Positions 26,501-42,352 of a stretch of 64,000 bases of DNA are shown here, one piece after another. The position numbers were made by a program, and so were the translations under genes. The notes beneath the pieces are model-generated. The model ran no database searches. It was not told the DNA's origin and saw only the letters and a program-made list of their open reading frames with translations. Origin of the DNA: Camelus ferus (lineage: Eukaryota); contig NC_045698.1 in assembly GCF_009834535.1 (NCBI RefSeq), positions 9,922,001-9,986,000 of the forward strand. Direction: 5' to 3'. Each line of letters begins with the position of its first letter. Position 1 is the first letter of the stretch.

Positions 26501-29500
26501 GTATGACTATGAAAATGGTTAAAAATGTAAAGCATTATGCAAATTCATGGCCTTATTGGCCTTATCCCATGATATTGACCACTATAAAATTCTACCAATG
26601 GTTTCCATGTTGACAAATATCATGGCTTGCTCTCTGACCTCACCATGAGTGTCCTCTGGGCAACATTTGTCGCTGGTGACCAGTCCCTCCCTGATGAGGC
26701 TTTTCTCATTCTTGGCTTCCTTGACTCTTGGTTTCCACCTACCTCAAAGGTCCAATCCTTAATTTTATTTGTACATCTGTCCTTGTCTATCAGGCCTTTA
26801 ACACTGGAGAAACCCAGGGTTGAATGTAGACTCTCTACTCTTTAGATCCTCTTCCTTGGAAATCTTGTGCAGGACAATGACTTTAAATAGCAACTATATT
26901 CTGATAACTCTCATAAGTATGCCTTCGACTTTGACTTCTCTAGTCAACTCCAGACTTACACATCTATCTGCATGGATAACACCTCCACCTCAATCCCTAA
27001 AGATCATCTTATACTTAAGAAGGGAACTATTGATTCCCTTCTGTCCCCCAAAATAAGCTACTTCCAGTCTTTGCCATCTCCATGAGTGGAACTTCCATGC
27101 AGGGCCACTGCATGTTATTGAGCACGTGTGTAGAATCCAACCAACACAGTAATACTTATTAGTCCCACTTTGAGTAAATCCATCTAGTTGCTCACACCAA
27201 AAGCAGAGGAATCATCCTTGAGTTCTTTCATAACCTGCCAGTTGATGTAATTCTCTAATTCACTTGATATACTTCTCAACTGTCATCCTAGTTCAAGCCA
27301 CCGTCATCTCCACCCTGAACCAGTGCAACAGCCCACCAATTTGGTTTCATGTTGACACTCTTGTCCCCTTAAAATCTATTCTCCACCCAGCGGCAAGAAT
27401 AATTCTTATTATAAAAGACATCTTGCCTTTTCCTCCTCCTCCTGGCTTCCTGGTGCACTCAAACATATAGCATTGGTTTACAAGATCTATAATGACCTGG
27501 ATCTTGCCAACTCTACAGTCCCATCCCTAGCCTCAGTCACTTCACCACAGTCATCCTGGGCACTTTCTATTCCTCAACGGTGACACATCACGAGATTTTT
27601 TTTTTAATGCAAACTGGGGCTAGCCAGGAAGGGGAAAAAAAATAAAAGTACTATACCTTCACGTTACTGAAGTTCTTTTTGTATATATCTCGTTTCTGGA
27701 AAAGGGCAGCTGCAAATGGTGAAACTTCCAGGCCCATCTGTGACATGCACTCTGTTTCTCTAAATAAGGTTAAAATCTGAGGATCAAAGTTTACAAACAA
27801 TTTCCCTGTGCCTGGAGCCTTCACCAATAAAGACGCCTCAAGTCCTACGTGAATTTCTTCAGTCTGTGAGAAGAGATCAATATTGTTACTATTAGAAGGT
27901 TCAGTGCATATGGGTATATAGCTCTGCCACTTCTGGGAATGAAGTTCATTAAGTGTTCTTCCATGGATTTGAGTTTCTCAAACTAAAGACAGTGGGGTCC
28001 CTCACTCTTCTCCTAATTTCAGTCTCAGAAAAGAGACTTCCAGTTCTTGGTGGTGATACACAGTCAGTTCAACAAAATCCTTGGGTTATGAATCTCTGAC
28101 ACCTTGTAAGTGGATACTGCCATACTGATGACTTTGCAAAAGCCATTTTATTCCCTGATACCTTCATGCCTACTCAGTTATTTTTCCTAATAAAAGTTTC
28201 ATGAAACCTACTAAACTCAAGTTTTCAGTTATCTAGAAATCAATGAAAACCACTATGGAGACATCATCCATTAATGATTCAGACACCAAAAGTTGACCCA
28301 GGAAAATGAGATACCATTTTAGAGGCCTTATAAGGCTGAATTTCTATCCTCCAAAATACTTCCTGCCAATCTACAGAGAAACACAAGTGTTGGCAGGGTA
28401 TGAAATATAATTTGAGTAATGTAGTATGGACAAATAAAATTTAAGACTTTGGTTAACAGGCATACTAGTGTTTATGGACACATTAAGGAACTTAATGGAG
28501 AAAAAAAGAAATCTTAATCAACCAGGTAAAGGAATCAATAAACAGGATCTTCTCCCTTAGGAGTTTGTAAATTAAATAAAGATGAGTCACATGACTTGAT
28601 CTTTTGTTCAAATTTAATTATTATCTTTCTTCATGTACATATTATACTCTCTGATTACTCACCTAGAGCCAAACCCTGTCTTATAAAATATCCACAAACT
28701 CAAATCTCTATGGAATTAAAACTGTCAAATGTTAGCAGGGGGCTTCCCATGGACTTGACAATGGGGAACATCTTTTAAATGTAGACTCACTTGCTGAAGC
28801 CATGCCCTGTGGTACAGAACCTCGAACTCCAGGAGGACCTTGGCCACCCTGTTGTAGCTGCGAATCACAGGTTTGGCTTCAGCCGTCTGGAGCACGGTTG
28901 GGTGCTGCTGGAAAAGCTGCATTGGTTGCTGAATCCTGTGGAAGAGCTGACGGGCCCACAAAATCTTCCCAGCAATGGGAGGCTGGTCTCGAGCCAAAGG
29001 AGGATCACATCTCTGCTTTGTATACAGCTTCGAGATCATATCAATGTCAGCCCCATAGTTTTCAAGGATACTGCCGGTATTTGTCATCAATGCCAAGATC
29101 AGGTATATTCAATCTGATTTTTTTTTAAAGTGAAAGGCTTGAATTAATGGGATGATATCCAGAAATCTTGTTTATTAAAAATTTGTTTTAAAACAGCATG
29201 CTGATGGAAGAGAATGAAATATTTATCTGGCCTACTAAAAAAATCAAAATGGAGTCAATCATCAATCATATCGCAGCAGAGTGTTTTTTTTAAAAAATAG
29301 TATCAATCCTTAAAATATAGTTAAAACTACTTGGTAAAAGTTTTTTCAAATTACCTAAACATTAAATAATATTATGACAGGCAGTCACACGGTACTTCAA
29401 AGCTGAGAGGAAATATACTCTTAATCCTCTGAAGAACTTAAAAACCTTGACCTTGTTATTCAGATTGTCAAGAGAGGATTATCTTTCCATTAAAATATGA

Positions 29501-32500
29501 AATAATAACATAATGACATAAACTAAACTATGTTTATATTACCCACAATTTTAGAAAACAGAATTTAGAAAAATCTTTACAAATTTTTACCTTTCAAATT
29601 TCTTTAGCATACTTAGAGCTTGATTGGTGTTTTGAATCTTTTCAAACGTAACATCCATGAACTTCTGCAACTTATTCTAAAATAGGATAAAGTCTGATTA
29701 TGCACAAAGAATTAGCATTGTGAAAAATCCTATTTAGCTATAAGATAAAAGAGCTCCCCGTTCTCTACAAACGCAGACAACATAGGACAAAATATAACAG
29801 AAAATGTGATACTCATCTAAGCTTAAAGAAAGATTAATGTCCAGAAACTGGAACAAAGAGGAACTTGTAAGTCAGAGCGGTCATGGGGGTTGGCACTTGT
29901 CTAGGGGCACTGGACCAGATATTTCTGCAAACAGCACATCCTAGGATCAAGAAATCTTCCTGCACTAAAGAACATTACAGTGAGCCTACCTAAATAAACA
30001 CTCAGCTTTCAGAGAAAAATCTTTGGTTATAAACTAGGCAGAGCTAGAGCATTTATTCTATTCCTTCCCTCTAACTTCAGACACAGTAAGTCTTTATTGA
30101 GCCCTAACTCTTAGACCTGGTTGGTTTTCCTTGCTTTTCTAACCTATGGTTTCGCAAAGGCTGACAATGAGTTCCTCATGAACACCCAAGACCTCAAATT
30201 AGTCTTCTTTTCTCTCTGGACCATAGGTTCATTCTTAGAGTCTTTCGGAGTCTGTAGTGGAATCTTCTAGGTCTCTTAGTTCTGGGCTCTCAGGTCCTAC
30301 TCAGTTTTCCCTTAACTCAGCTTGTCATCTCAGCAGCTGGTCCTTACTAAATAGTGCCTTACTTTGCCTGCTGGAGACAGCATGCTTCTAGACTTTCAAC
30401 AGCCCACCTGGTCCCAATGCCCTGCCTCTCTTTGGTCTATCAGTACCAGCATGAGCCCTAAATCTGGACAGGATCCTAGGCTCTGATCCCCTTGACAGTG
30501 GATCCCTGGACACAACCCTGATCCAAATCACTCATGTACCTGTCCCGCCAACACACACACTGTCTGGTCTTACATCTTGGAGATGCCACGGTTACTAGTC
30601 CTCTCCATTCCATCTCCAAGACTCATCACCCCCACTCACTACATTCAGAGTCATGGGAAAGCCAGTATTTTCACCCAGTTTTATAGGGACAAGGGCTGAA
30701 TTCATGCAAATAGGTGGGTTATTTAAAGGAGAGAGTATAAAAAGGTAAGTTAAGAGACAGTAGATGGAGAAAGGGACGAAGAAGTCAGAGGAAAACTGGT
30801 CAGCAAACCAAAGAGAGAAGTTGACCATTTTTGAAATGGAAGACAAGATGAATAACAGTGTTAGATTTCTAAAAATTAGTTTTTAGGAACTAATATCTAT
30901 GACTAATGCTTTAAAAACCAGGCTGTAAAACATTTATAAAATTTTATTCTCAGTATTATAAACAGTGGGCACCACCTTGAAAAAGCCTCCTCCGTCCTCT
31001 CATTCCCCCTCCATTTACTTGGAAAACATAAACAGGGTTCTAGCACAGGCGAGGCTCCTCTCTGAAGCTCTTCCCAACCCCAGTCAAGCAAAAGTACACA
31101 ACTCACTCCACACCCCGTCTTACGGGCTGTAGCAAGTCTCAGTCTGTGTGATTTTTTGCAGGTCTGTCCTCCCTATAAATTTCCTTCTTTCTTTGGAATA
31201 TGTCTTTTTACCTTTGAATCCTCACTTCCTAATAGCATATCAGAATATTATACTTTAATAATTAGTCATTTTAGCCACTATTTATCCTTTTTTAATGATA
31301 CATTCATTACACTGTTCTAACATCTATGTACTTATATTTCAATCATAGCCCATGTCTGATATGAGCTTTGAGGACAAATCAATGATTGATTGATTGATTG
31401 ACTGATTATGATTTATTTCTGTATTCATAACCTACAGCATAGAAGCCCAATACATAATTAATGTACAGTAAATGCACATTTAATTGCAATAAATCTCGTT
31501 CTAGAGAGGATGGGGCTTGAACACCAAGAGGGGTCCAGGTGCTGAGTGGGTCCTGGTACCACTGTCTCAAGGCCAGCTGTAGCCCAGGCTTTCGGATTGG
31601 CCAAACATCACTGACCATTAGCTTGAGCTACCCCTGGTCATAATCATTGCTCTAAAGCAAGAAGCAAGCAGAAGCAAATTTCTATATTGTAATAACACTG
31701 TGTTTCAACAGAAGATAAAAGTTAATTCTCTAAGATCTAAGATGAAACACTTGCAGAAGTCTGTGATTACAGATTGTTATCCAAAGCTATCCTTATGACC
31801 TTTTAATCTATGAAAAAGAGCCTTCAATTATTAATCCAAAATCACAAAATGCAGGCTGAGCTTGCTATCGGTCACCTCCACAATGAAGACGCTTCTCCCT
31901 TCTGAATGGGTAATGACTAGCAGTATTGCACAGAATGGAAAAAATAAACACCAGACTGTCAACAGGAACTGTATTATACAACCTACATGAAGGTCATTAG
32001 TCTGCTTGCAAAACTCTTCATAATCCTGCTCGAAATCCATTTTCCGCTGGTCTAAGAAATTATATTCCTTTTTCTTTATAGTGGCAACAATACCCTGAAA
32101 TGTTATGAAAGAAATAAGACAATACTTCAGTCTTCTTGCATTACTTAAGTAAATATGGCCTTTAAATATAGAACCTGTACAGTCATGCCCAAAAATCCAA
32201 AGCATTAAAGGAGCCTTTTTTTCTTTAATTATTCTCATTGCTTCATGCAGTATTAGGAGCATTACTCTATTACCTGGTGCATTCAAAGAAATCATTAAAT
32301 CATTTGGAAAGCATTTTTCTGAGGCTTTATGTATTTTTGAAGAAAAATATAAAATAGAAACTACATCTGAACAGCAGGAAAGATGTTTTGTCTAAAAAAT
32401 TCTTACTAATTACATCTGAAATTTAAAAAAAAAAAAAAAGAAGCCCAAAGTAGAATTTACTAAAATACTTTTCATTGAAAAGTTTAAGTCTTCTCAGGAA

Positions 32501-35500
32501 GTAAATGAGGCTTTTACAGAACACAAACAATTAGGAAGAAAACAGTTATGTTATAATAGCTACAGATGAAAAACTATCTTCCAAGCCTCAAATGTCTTAA
32601 ATAAAATATCAAACCACAATCTACCATTTAAAGAATCTCTAGAATTAATTGCTTCCTCCTGCCCTGCAAAGCCACAGTCTGTGACTATAACAGTACAGAT
32701 TGGGTAACGCATCTTCTTGAAAATACTATTATCTGAAGCTTTGTTTGCTCTGAATAATGAGCTATGATGCTCTGTGATCATTCTTCACCAGGTCCTAAGC
32801 CTTTCTCAAACCTGGGTGCCCACACTGTTGACACAGGCATTTAGCTTTTATGAAGAATGTTGGGCCTCCTTCCACTAACTCCTCTTCAAAGTCATTTCCA
32901 TTTAAACATCAGTTCAAATCCCTCAATAGACGAAAGTGTCTAAGATGCATAACTTCTTGAATCAAGCTGACTAGTTAAAACAGCCTCCTCTTTCATGCTG
33001 TATAACCACAAAGTTAGGTCTATTTCTACATTTCAAAGTGGCATTTTAAAAGATGTGGAGCCCTTGGAAAATTCTGCTCTATAATGGAATTTAATGGTCG
33101 TTTAAGAGCATTAAGTTAAGTAAATAAACTGATTAACCATGACCTTTAAACCAACTGATCAAACTCAATCTATTGAACCATTTACCTGACAAATTTATTG
33201 CACACCTATCATATGCCAGTAAATTCTGGAGATACAGGAATGAATGGAACAAAGAAACTTTATTCTGGAACTTACATCCTCGGCTGGGGAGAAGGGATCA
33301 GAATCTACAGAAGTCACAAGTAAATGGGCAGGATAATTTCAGACATAAGTGATAACATAAGTAACATGACATAGAGGGATGGAGGTGAAACAGAGATTCA
33401 GGAAAACATAACTGAGAAGGTCATTTAAATCAAGATCTGGAGGCCACAGAGGAAACAACCAGGTGATGGTCCAGAGGCAGAACTTTCCAGATAAAAAGCC
33501 CCAAGGTGGATTCAGGTGGCCTGTTCTGTACCTGGAGAACATGGAATGAGGAGAGGAGGAGCAGGTGAGGAGGCTGGAGCAGGGGATGGGGCCCTGGCAG
33601 CCACACAAGGGTCCTAAGTTTCATATCCATGGTCACCATTTTGGGCTTTTACATTGGTTCAAATACAAGAAAATCTCACCTTACACTTCCATGCACCATC
33701 TGCATTTTATCTCACTACTTTCTGGTACATCCATTTTAATCAGTATTTCACTTTAGATTTGGAAAGCAATTTTTCTTCCCAGTATTTTTATCAGGTTAGA
33801 ACAGTCTTTATCTGCATTTAGATGTACAGTTCAATTTCTCCCTCAAAAATAAACTTTGAAATATACTCCAAAGTTATTTTTTCATTAAAAAAAATAAGTA
33901 ATTAGATTCCATACTGAAAAATAAATGGACATATTCCATCTTTGTCTTGCAAAACTGTCAGTTTCAAAGTATTGTTAACCCACATTGCAGATTACACACA
34001 GCTCACCTAAAATATTTCCTGCTATATAAAAAAGGTTTTTTCTTTTTCTCTCTCCAAACCTGATATACTCAGGAAAGGAAAAGGATTTCTTATATTGACT
34101 TAAACTGTTAGAGTAGGAAAAAAAATTAATGTGTGACAGTAAATTATATAGTCCTTTTCAAATTCAAGTATAAAAAAAATTTAAGTTTTAGTGTCACTGT
34201 TCCCAAACAAGAAAAAACTGATTATACCCACATTAAGAGTTTAAACCACATCTTGTTTATAAATTGTTTTTCAAAAATCTTCAAAACATTATTAGATCAT
34301 TGTACCCTCTTTAAAATACAGTATTAGTTATGCACATACCTTTACAAGATAAAGCTGTCAAAAATCAAAATAATTAGGAATGGCAAAGCTAAAATAAAAT
34401 TCAGTCACTATTATATTTTTAACATGGGTCCATATAAAACGCTTAAATGCAAAGATAGTCAGATACTACTCAGAACTCAGTGTCAACTAGAGCCTGACAC
34501 AGTTTATGCTTGATTAAATAATTCTTGCATGAATAAATAAAATAATATGTTATATTGAAACATTTTTCTTGTGCTACTAATGAAAATGCTTTAACTAATG
34601 ATGATTAATTTTAGACTATTGGAAAGTCATTCTCTTAATCACATACCTGAAAAGAATATATTAGCACCATTACACAATTCTCAAATGAATTTAACTTCTT
34701 TATTGTTTAAGGGCCATGAGCTTATCTTTTACATTAGAGACTGATTGCTGGAAGCATTATAGCTATAGCTATTTGCATAAAATATTAAAGGTTTATTTGT
34801 GGAAAAGGGTAGCAAATTTAGTTTTGAGGTACAGTACCTGATATTTAGTCACCATATCTTCTAGGCCTTCAATTCTAGAATCTTGCAGAACTGAATACGT
34901 CTTGAAGGTTGTAAAGATGTCCATTATCTTGGCAAGACGTCTATGGAAAGTTTCAAATTTTCCAAAAATATACATCTCACTAAATTCAAATTGTTTTTCA
35001 TTTGGATCTTGTTTAAGCTTTTGTTTTGTCTTGTGAAAGCAGTGCTGGTATTCCTTAAAGTAAAGACCAAAATATAAGAATGGGAACATAACAAAGATAT
35101 CAACCTTATTCTCTAATGTGAAGGTGACGGCAAATTTAGGGTGGAATTGTGAATCCCTTCAGTTTCATGCCTTTGTCACTACTCATTCATCAGCATGGGA
35201 CAGCATCTCTTCCCAGCCTCCAACCTGGCAAGCTCCGAATTGCTCATGATGCAATTCAAGGATGCAGCCTTTCCACCTGCGTCTCGGTATAAGCCGAACT
35301 GTCTATTTCCCTGTGCGTCTATGAGAAGCTTAAGGACAACCACCTCATCCTTGTACATCTAGTATTTCGTGTGGCGTCAGGACACAGTAGGCCCCCAAAA
35401 AGGGTAGAGTAAGTGATTAAATTTGGGGGCAGATTTATTAACATTCAATTTTTCTTAACAGTAAAGAACTGCTGCTCTTTTTAGCAACAACCAACACGAT

Positions 35501-38500
35501 CAGCTATATGATTTAAGACGCAGTGGTGAAAACAATATGAAACTAATACAACATTATCCAAAGACATCATTAAGCTGGCCGTTACCTGCTTAAGTTTAAT
35601 TGCAGACAATATTTTCTCCACAACGACGTCCTGTGGCTGGCTCCAGATCGAAGCAGTTCCATTGTTAGTGATATACGCTTTACATGCGGCTATCATCTGA
35701 TTGGTCACCTGGAATTTCCCAAACAAATGATGTCAAGTACGTTAAGCAGCCATCGATCATAAATTGGGCTAGAGGGTCCTGACCTCTTCCACCTCTCAGA
35801 GTGAACCATCTGTGAACCTGAACTTTGGATTTACTTTTGTCCACCACATCTATAATTAAGCAGTAGCCCATTTTTTCCAGCTTTATTGAAGTATAATTGA
35901 CACAATGTGTGTATCTTTAAGATGTACAGCACGATGCTTGGTATACACACACGAGGTGAAATGATTAGCACAACCGAGTGCTAACGCGTCCATCACCTCG
36001 CATGATTACCATTTTGTGTGAGTGTGTGGGGAAAACCTTAAGATCCGTTCTCTTATCTCTTTCAGGGATATAGTGCAGTATTAACCACAGTCACCATGCA
36101 GAAAACTAGATCCCTAGAACTTAGTCATCTTACAACTGAAAGTTTGTAGCCCTTGACAACATCTCCCCATTTCTCAACACTCCTCAGCCTCTGGTAACCA
36201 CCCTTCTACCCCTGCCTCTATTTGTTCAATTTTTTTTTAATTCTACACGTATAGCATCAAAATCATTTGTAAAATCACAGAGTTAGAAGCACTATGGAAA
36301 ATCAATCATTCAGATGAATGTGTTTATGCATAATGAATGTCTTAACCAACCAAGAGAGGGGACTCCCTTCTCTACCTAAAAGCTGTTGAGAGCCTCCCCG
36401 GTCTCCTTCAGCCTGCTCTCACATCCAACTCAACAGTTTCCAAGTGCCATGAACTACCCAGATCATTTCATGACACCGTGATCGACAGCAGAAACGTCAA
36501 AAGGAGAAGGCAATAGACAAAAGGGTGAAGATAACATATGTGACCCCTAACATTTTATTTATGCCTTCAAACTTTAAAAAAAAAAATCTTCGGAATTTTT
36601 TTGGTCATTTTGTTTGTAAATTAAAAGGAAAATTAGATGCCTGTGCTGTACGTATGGAACGACACAATGTCTGGGACTTGCGGCACAAAGGTTAAGTGAA
36701 ACAAGATTGGCCACGTGTTGATAGCGAATGAATCTGGGTGATGTGTACATGGGGGTTCAGTATACAGTTCTGTTTCCTTTTGTACCTGCTTCAATTTTTC
36801 CATAAAGAAAGGTTTTTGAAAATGAGATAAATAGTGTTTTCACAATTTTCTCCTAAAATAAGACTTGCCAATAACATGCGTGAAACCTGGAATAATAACA
36901 CAAATTGACTTTTGAGGCTTCTAGTCAGAGAATAGCCCTCATGACCCTAACGTAATGTTAAAGTGTGAAAAAGGTGGGAAAGGGTCCAGCGGATTGTCCT
37001 CCTTTCTACCTGAATATGAGAGCAAAAGGAAGTTTCCGTCAAGTTCTCCAAGCTAGATGTCCCTATTCCCAGGAAGAATCATGCCTCCCACTGCATCAGT
37101 GTTTACAACACAAGTCCTGAAGAGCTGAAAATGCCTCTATTTGAAGACAACATTCAAAATTTTCACCTTGGTAATGAAAAAGCCATCTTCTTCTTAGAGA
37201 CTGTTCAAAATGGGAAAGGCAACGTGCTCACCAATAAACACTTACAAGTTAGGACATGAGGTTTAAACAGCATTATGCTTTTTGGCAGAATCATTATAAT
37301 TGCTTTATGGATTACTGGAACGTTGCAAGTGGCTTTTATTACCATGATTACTGTTCTAATAACACCAAGTAAACAACTGTGGCATCAAATAAATTTGGAA
37401 TCTGTGGCACATAAAATATGAAACTGAAGATAGCCAGTTAAATAGCTTTTCTTAATTAAAATTTACCCAGTAGGAATAAATAATGTGCTAAATAACACAG
37501 GGAAAGAAATTCCAAAAAAAAATCTTTTTTTCATTTTTATTATATAAATAATACAATATTTATTATAATAATTACTTTGGGAAATAGTGTTTGTTTCATG
37601 ATTTGCTAGAATCAGCCTCCTATATACACTTACTTTTGGCTCTTTTGAGAGATTCAGCTTTTTTAAAAATTGTGGGGTACATAGACATTGGACTGTGCCA
37701 ATTTGGTAATTTCTAACTGTCAAAAAATTAACCATTAGCAAAGAAATATAATGTTATGCACTTACCTTTACAAACAGAGACGTGATCTTCTCAGAGGTGT
37801 TATAGTAATGAGAGATACTGTAGATCATTTTAATTGCATTTATAAGTGTAGGAATAGCATCAGTCATGGATATCTGGAAGACAGCACAGAAGTTTTCAGG
37901 AAAATAGGTATCAAATTCAGCAAAATTCTGATAGGCTGATCATTCCATCTGCATTAGGATAAAGTTTAGGCAAAAGATTTTTATTTAAATTTTAAAATAT
38001 TATCTAACATTTTACATAAATATAATATATTTAGAGGTAATTTTATTTTTACCCTTTAGTCATAGACAAGTAAGCTTTGTTTCAATGCAAGAAACACTAA
38101 CTTTCTATTAATAGCAAGGAGGCTGTGTTAACAGTAATAAATAAAAACGGGCACTCCCTAGAGTTACATGATTGAAAAAAAAAAAAAAAAAAACAGCTGA
38201 TGACTCTTTCCACAGTTGTTTGAGTTTAGTCCAGAATGTCAATTGCAATATTTAATGGAAAATGGACTGTGCAATAAATGTTTTTAAAATATAACGTTGC
38301 GTATCCATCTTAGATAGATAAATAGATGATAGATTGATAGATACATAAATACATAGAAATAGATGTGTGTGCACACACACACACACACACATAAACTCTC
38401 TTGAGAATGAACAGATGTTTCTAAGATTTTCCCAACAGACTATAATATTTACAAACCAAAAACTCCACACTCAAGTCAGCTAGTGTAAAAGGGTCATCAG

Positions 38501-41500
38501 TAGACCAAGGGGATAGAAATCTCTAACTCACAGGGTCACTACTGTACAAGGGGTCGCAGCACTTCTCAAGCGTGTACAAATATTTGACGTTGTCCTTTGC
38601 TTCATTAGCTGCATCAGTAATTCGAATATCCATCTCCCGCCAAGTCTAAGCACAAGACAGCAAAGCAATGTTAATGCAATTATTGATACAGAAACATTCA
38701 ATACAACAGCTGCTAAACGTCATCACAAGCCCTGGGGGTCAGACTCTCAGTCTGTCCTGTCCATCTCACATGAAACTGAATCCAGAGTGGTGAAGGGCAT
38801 GACCACACTGAAGAGCAATGTTTTAATTTTGGCTAAATTTTTGACCGTATCTCTTCCAGGTCATCTCTTATGAAATCTATTGAATTGCTAAGACAGAGCA
38901 TCAAGAGGCAACTCCTCCATTTAAACCTGTACCTCCTCTCCTCCACTGGCTGCTGGATCCAAATGGCACCTCATTCCCGTATTTTCTATAGTAAAGAACT
39001 GAAAGAAACCTCTGGGCAGCCAGCAAGGAACTGAATCCTACAACAACCACATGAGCAACTTGGAAGCAGATCCTCCCCAGTCTGACCTTCAGATGAGTCA
39101 ACACCCTCCCTGCAATCTCAGGAGAGATTCTGAGTCAGATGCTCCCAGCTAAGCTGCACCCAAATCTCTTCCTGGCCCACAGACCTTGAGATAATAAATG
39201 TTTGTTGTTTCAGGTTGCTAAGTTTTGGAGTAGTTTGTTACACTGGATAGAGAACAAATACACTAATGTATAACTCAATTGCTTTGCTGTACACATGAAA
39301 CTAACATTTTAAATCAACTATACTTCAATAAAAAATAAGAATTAAAAAAGGAAATATACTAGTGTTTAAAAAAAATAAGGTAAGTTCATTATTACTACTC
39401 CTTGTTGGTCTGAATTCATAATATATATACAGTCATGTCATTATGTTACATCTTAATGACTTGCAATGCCCTCTAATAACATATATACATACTTACACAC
39501 CAGCCAACGAATACCTTTCATTCAAAGGCTATTTCCATGATGGAGCGCATGCCTAGCATTCACAAGGTCCTGGGTTCAATCCCCAGTACCTTCTCTAAAA
39601 ATAAATGAACCTTATTACCTCCCCCTCTGCCAAAATGAAATAAATAATATAATTTTTAAAAAACACACCACAAAACTAAATAAATTTTAAAAAGTCTATT
39701 TCCATAGCATCCAAAATTATAAAAGGGCAATATTATCCAATCTTAAAGTTTTTTTCATAAAGGCAGAGTAACATTTTTCTGTTCCTAATTACCCTACGGG
39801 TTCTGCATAGAGAATTTTCATCCCTACTTCACAAAGCAAAAAGCAACCTTCAGAAGTTTCGACTTGGCGGCAGCAAGCACTGCCAACACAGCCTTCACAT
39901 CTGGGCTCTTCAATTGATCCAAAAGGTAGTTAAATTTAGATAGTCTTTTTTTCCAGTGCTCCAATTCTGCTCGCGGCCCAAGGTCATCCGCTTCCTTCCG
40001 CAGCTGGTTGTTTTCAGCAAGAACCTGTAAAGGCACAGGAGAATCATGAACCAAGGAGCAGGGTTGGAGATACGGAAGTGATACATAAGAAGGACAAAAG
40101 GAAATAAGTAAATGATGCTATCTGAACCAGGATATATTTGTATTCATTTGCATGCTTCGCATGACAGGCTTTTACTAACCTAACATGTATCCACTTTTTA
40201 AATTTCAACATTCTAACTGAAAACAACCTGTTTAAGGAGCTTTAACGAACTTTTGAAAGGCCTGACCTAAGCAAGTTTCCTTGGCTATTCACTTACAGCC
40301 TTGGAGCCCCCATGCCTTCAGTTGGTCAATTTCCACTGTGCTTACTTACTGATGTAATGTCCACTCTCACTTGGGACTTTTCTGAAAATATTTTTTTAAA
40401 GGTTAAGTCTCAAGCTTTGTTTTGGAGGACACACTGAAACCGAAAGCTCCTTGTACTTCTGCAGAGATTCTCTCCAAAGTAACTTATACTTTGAGAAAAT
40501 AATCAGTCAAGGACAGTCTTCTGTTATATAAGAATATAAAGTCATTTATTTTCATCTCCTAGAATTCTTATTATCTCTTCTTAACTAATGCCTATGAATT
40601 AAAATTGCATTGACCCTTTCCCCTTTTTAGGGACTTGTGGTAAAATACGGAGACAAATAGGAACAGGATGTGATATACCTTCTTCCACTGGCTGGCTCAG
40701 TAATGTGGCATCTGAACTAGTTGGTGTTAAGACAGCTAGTTTCTGGTGCTTGGTTGCTGAAACTTACCTGTTCTGCCTGCTTGATCCATACTCTCATACA
40801 GCCTTCTATTCTTTCCAAAGTCTCAGGGTTATTAGCCAGAGTCAGGTAGTCGATCGGTTCCTTTAAGGTTTTCAGTTCCAATATGTCACACTTTTGAAGG
40901 TTCACCTAATTAAAATGAAAGTTAAATAAGATGATGCTATTTTAACACATGCACGCACACATGCACACGCACACACACGCACACACACTTTGGGCTGATT
41001 GACAGGCTGAGAAGGATCTTAGGGGATCCTCTAATCTAACCTACCCTGCTCCCTGAGGAAGATGCATGAAGGACCTGACATGCTGCCCGAACCTCCCCAG
41101 ACCCTGAGCTGCCCGAACCTCCCCAGACCCTGAGCTGCCCGAACCTCCCCAGACCCTGAGCACACAGCTAGAAATGATTGGCTCTGATGTCAAATTTTGG
41201 GTCAAAAAATAAAAACAGTAAACTAGAAAGGGAGAGAGAGAGAGAGAGAGATCTAACATCACGGAATTTGGGGATTAATACGGAACTTGGGAAATTGAAG
41301 AGTCAACTCACGAAGCCAAAGAAAGTGGGGGGCTTCAAAAGAACTGATTTAAGGGAGGGGTAAGTTCTAATCTATCGCGTTCTTTTTTGAAACTAACCAG
41401 AGGAAAAACTCTCATGTCCTTACCTCCCAAATCCTTATAGTCAGCAAGTGCAATGGCAGAAACACAGATTCATTTCCAGAATGAAGGGAAGAGAGGCGTA

Positions 41501-42321
41501 GGAAAGGATATGCATTGGATTTTGATGTGACAAAGAAACCTAGTATATTTTTAAACACACACAACCCACAAGGACTTCGACATTCGATAAGAACATTTTC
41601 CTTCTGGTACAGGTGCACCTGGCCCTGTGAATCTCTAAATTCAGATCTCAGGCCCTCCTCCACACTGGACCTTTTTTTAATACCTCTACCACAGTATGAA
41701 GTGGAACCACATGAAAGCACTGCTTTTTTCAGTCAAATAACTATTTAAGTTGGTTCAACCTGCATTTAGTATGGCCTGCATGATCGCTATATATATATAT
41801 ATATGTATGTATGTATGTGTGTGTGTGTGTGTGTGTGTGTATAGATATATATATATATATATATGTATGTATCTCAGAGGTTAGCTAGAATCATTCTGCC
41901 CCTTTCTGGATAAAATTCACTCAACTTCCCCATTCTACATCCTTTAGAAAGCATAGTACCTTCCTCCCTCCCAATATCCCAACAGGTCCCAAAAGCTCTC
42001 AGTATTCCCTGGAGAGCAATGAGTGTTACATCATCATTGGTCTCATGGAATCCACCCTTTCTCTCCCACTCATGCCTGATCTAGGTGGTCATCTATCATG
42101 GTTTTGCACCCACCATCCTCTACCCCAAGCAATCACTAACACAGGCTTACTGTAGACGGCACAAAGTCTATGGAAGCTAAACCCCACAAATGCCAAAGTT
42201 ATTCTTAAAGGCCCTTTTGGTCACTGGCTGGACCACAGGTCCTGACCCACTCTCTCCAGATGTCAGTTCTTCTCCACCTCTTCAGGATTTCCTTCCCCCT
42301 CCCCACCCACCCACCCACGTG

Positions 42322-42352
<31 letters not shown>

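Noticed and set aside
28791..29128. Plus-strand ORFs opposite exons (also 869-1141, 11780-12032, 42656-42989)
   Set aside because: Antisense shadows of DNAH5 coding sequence.
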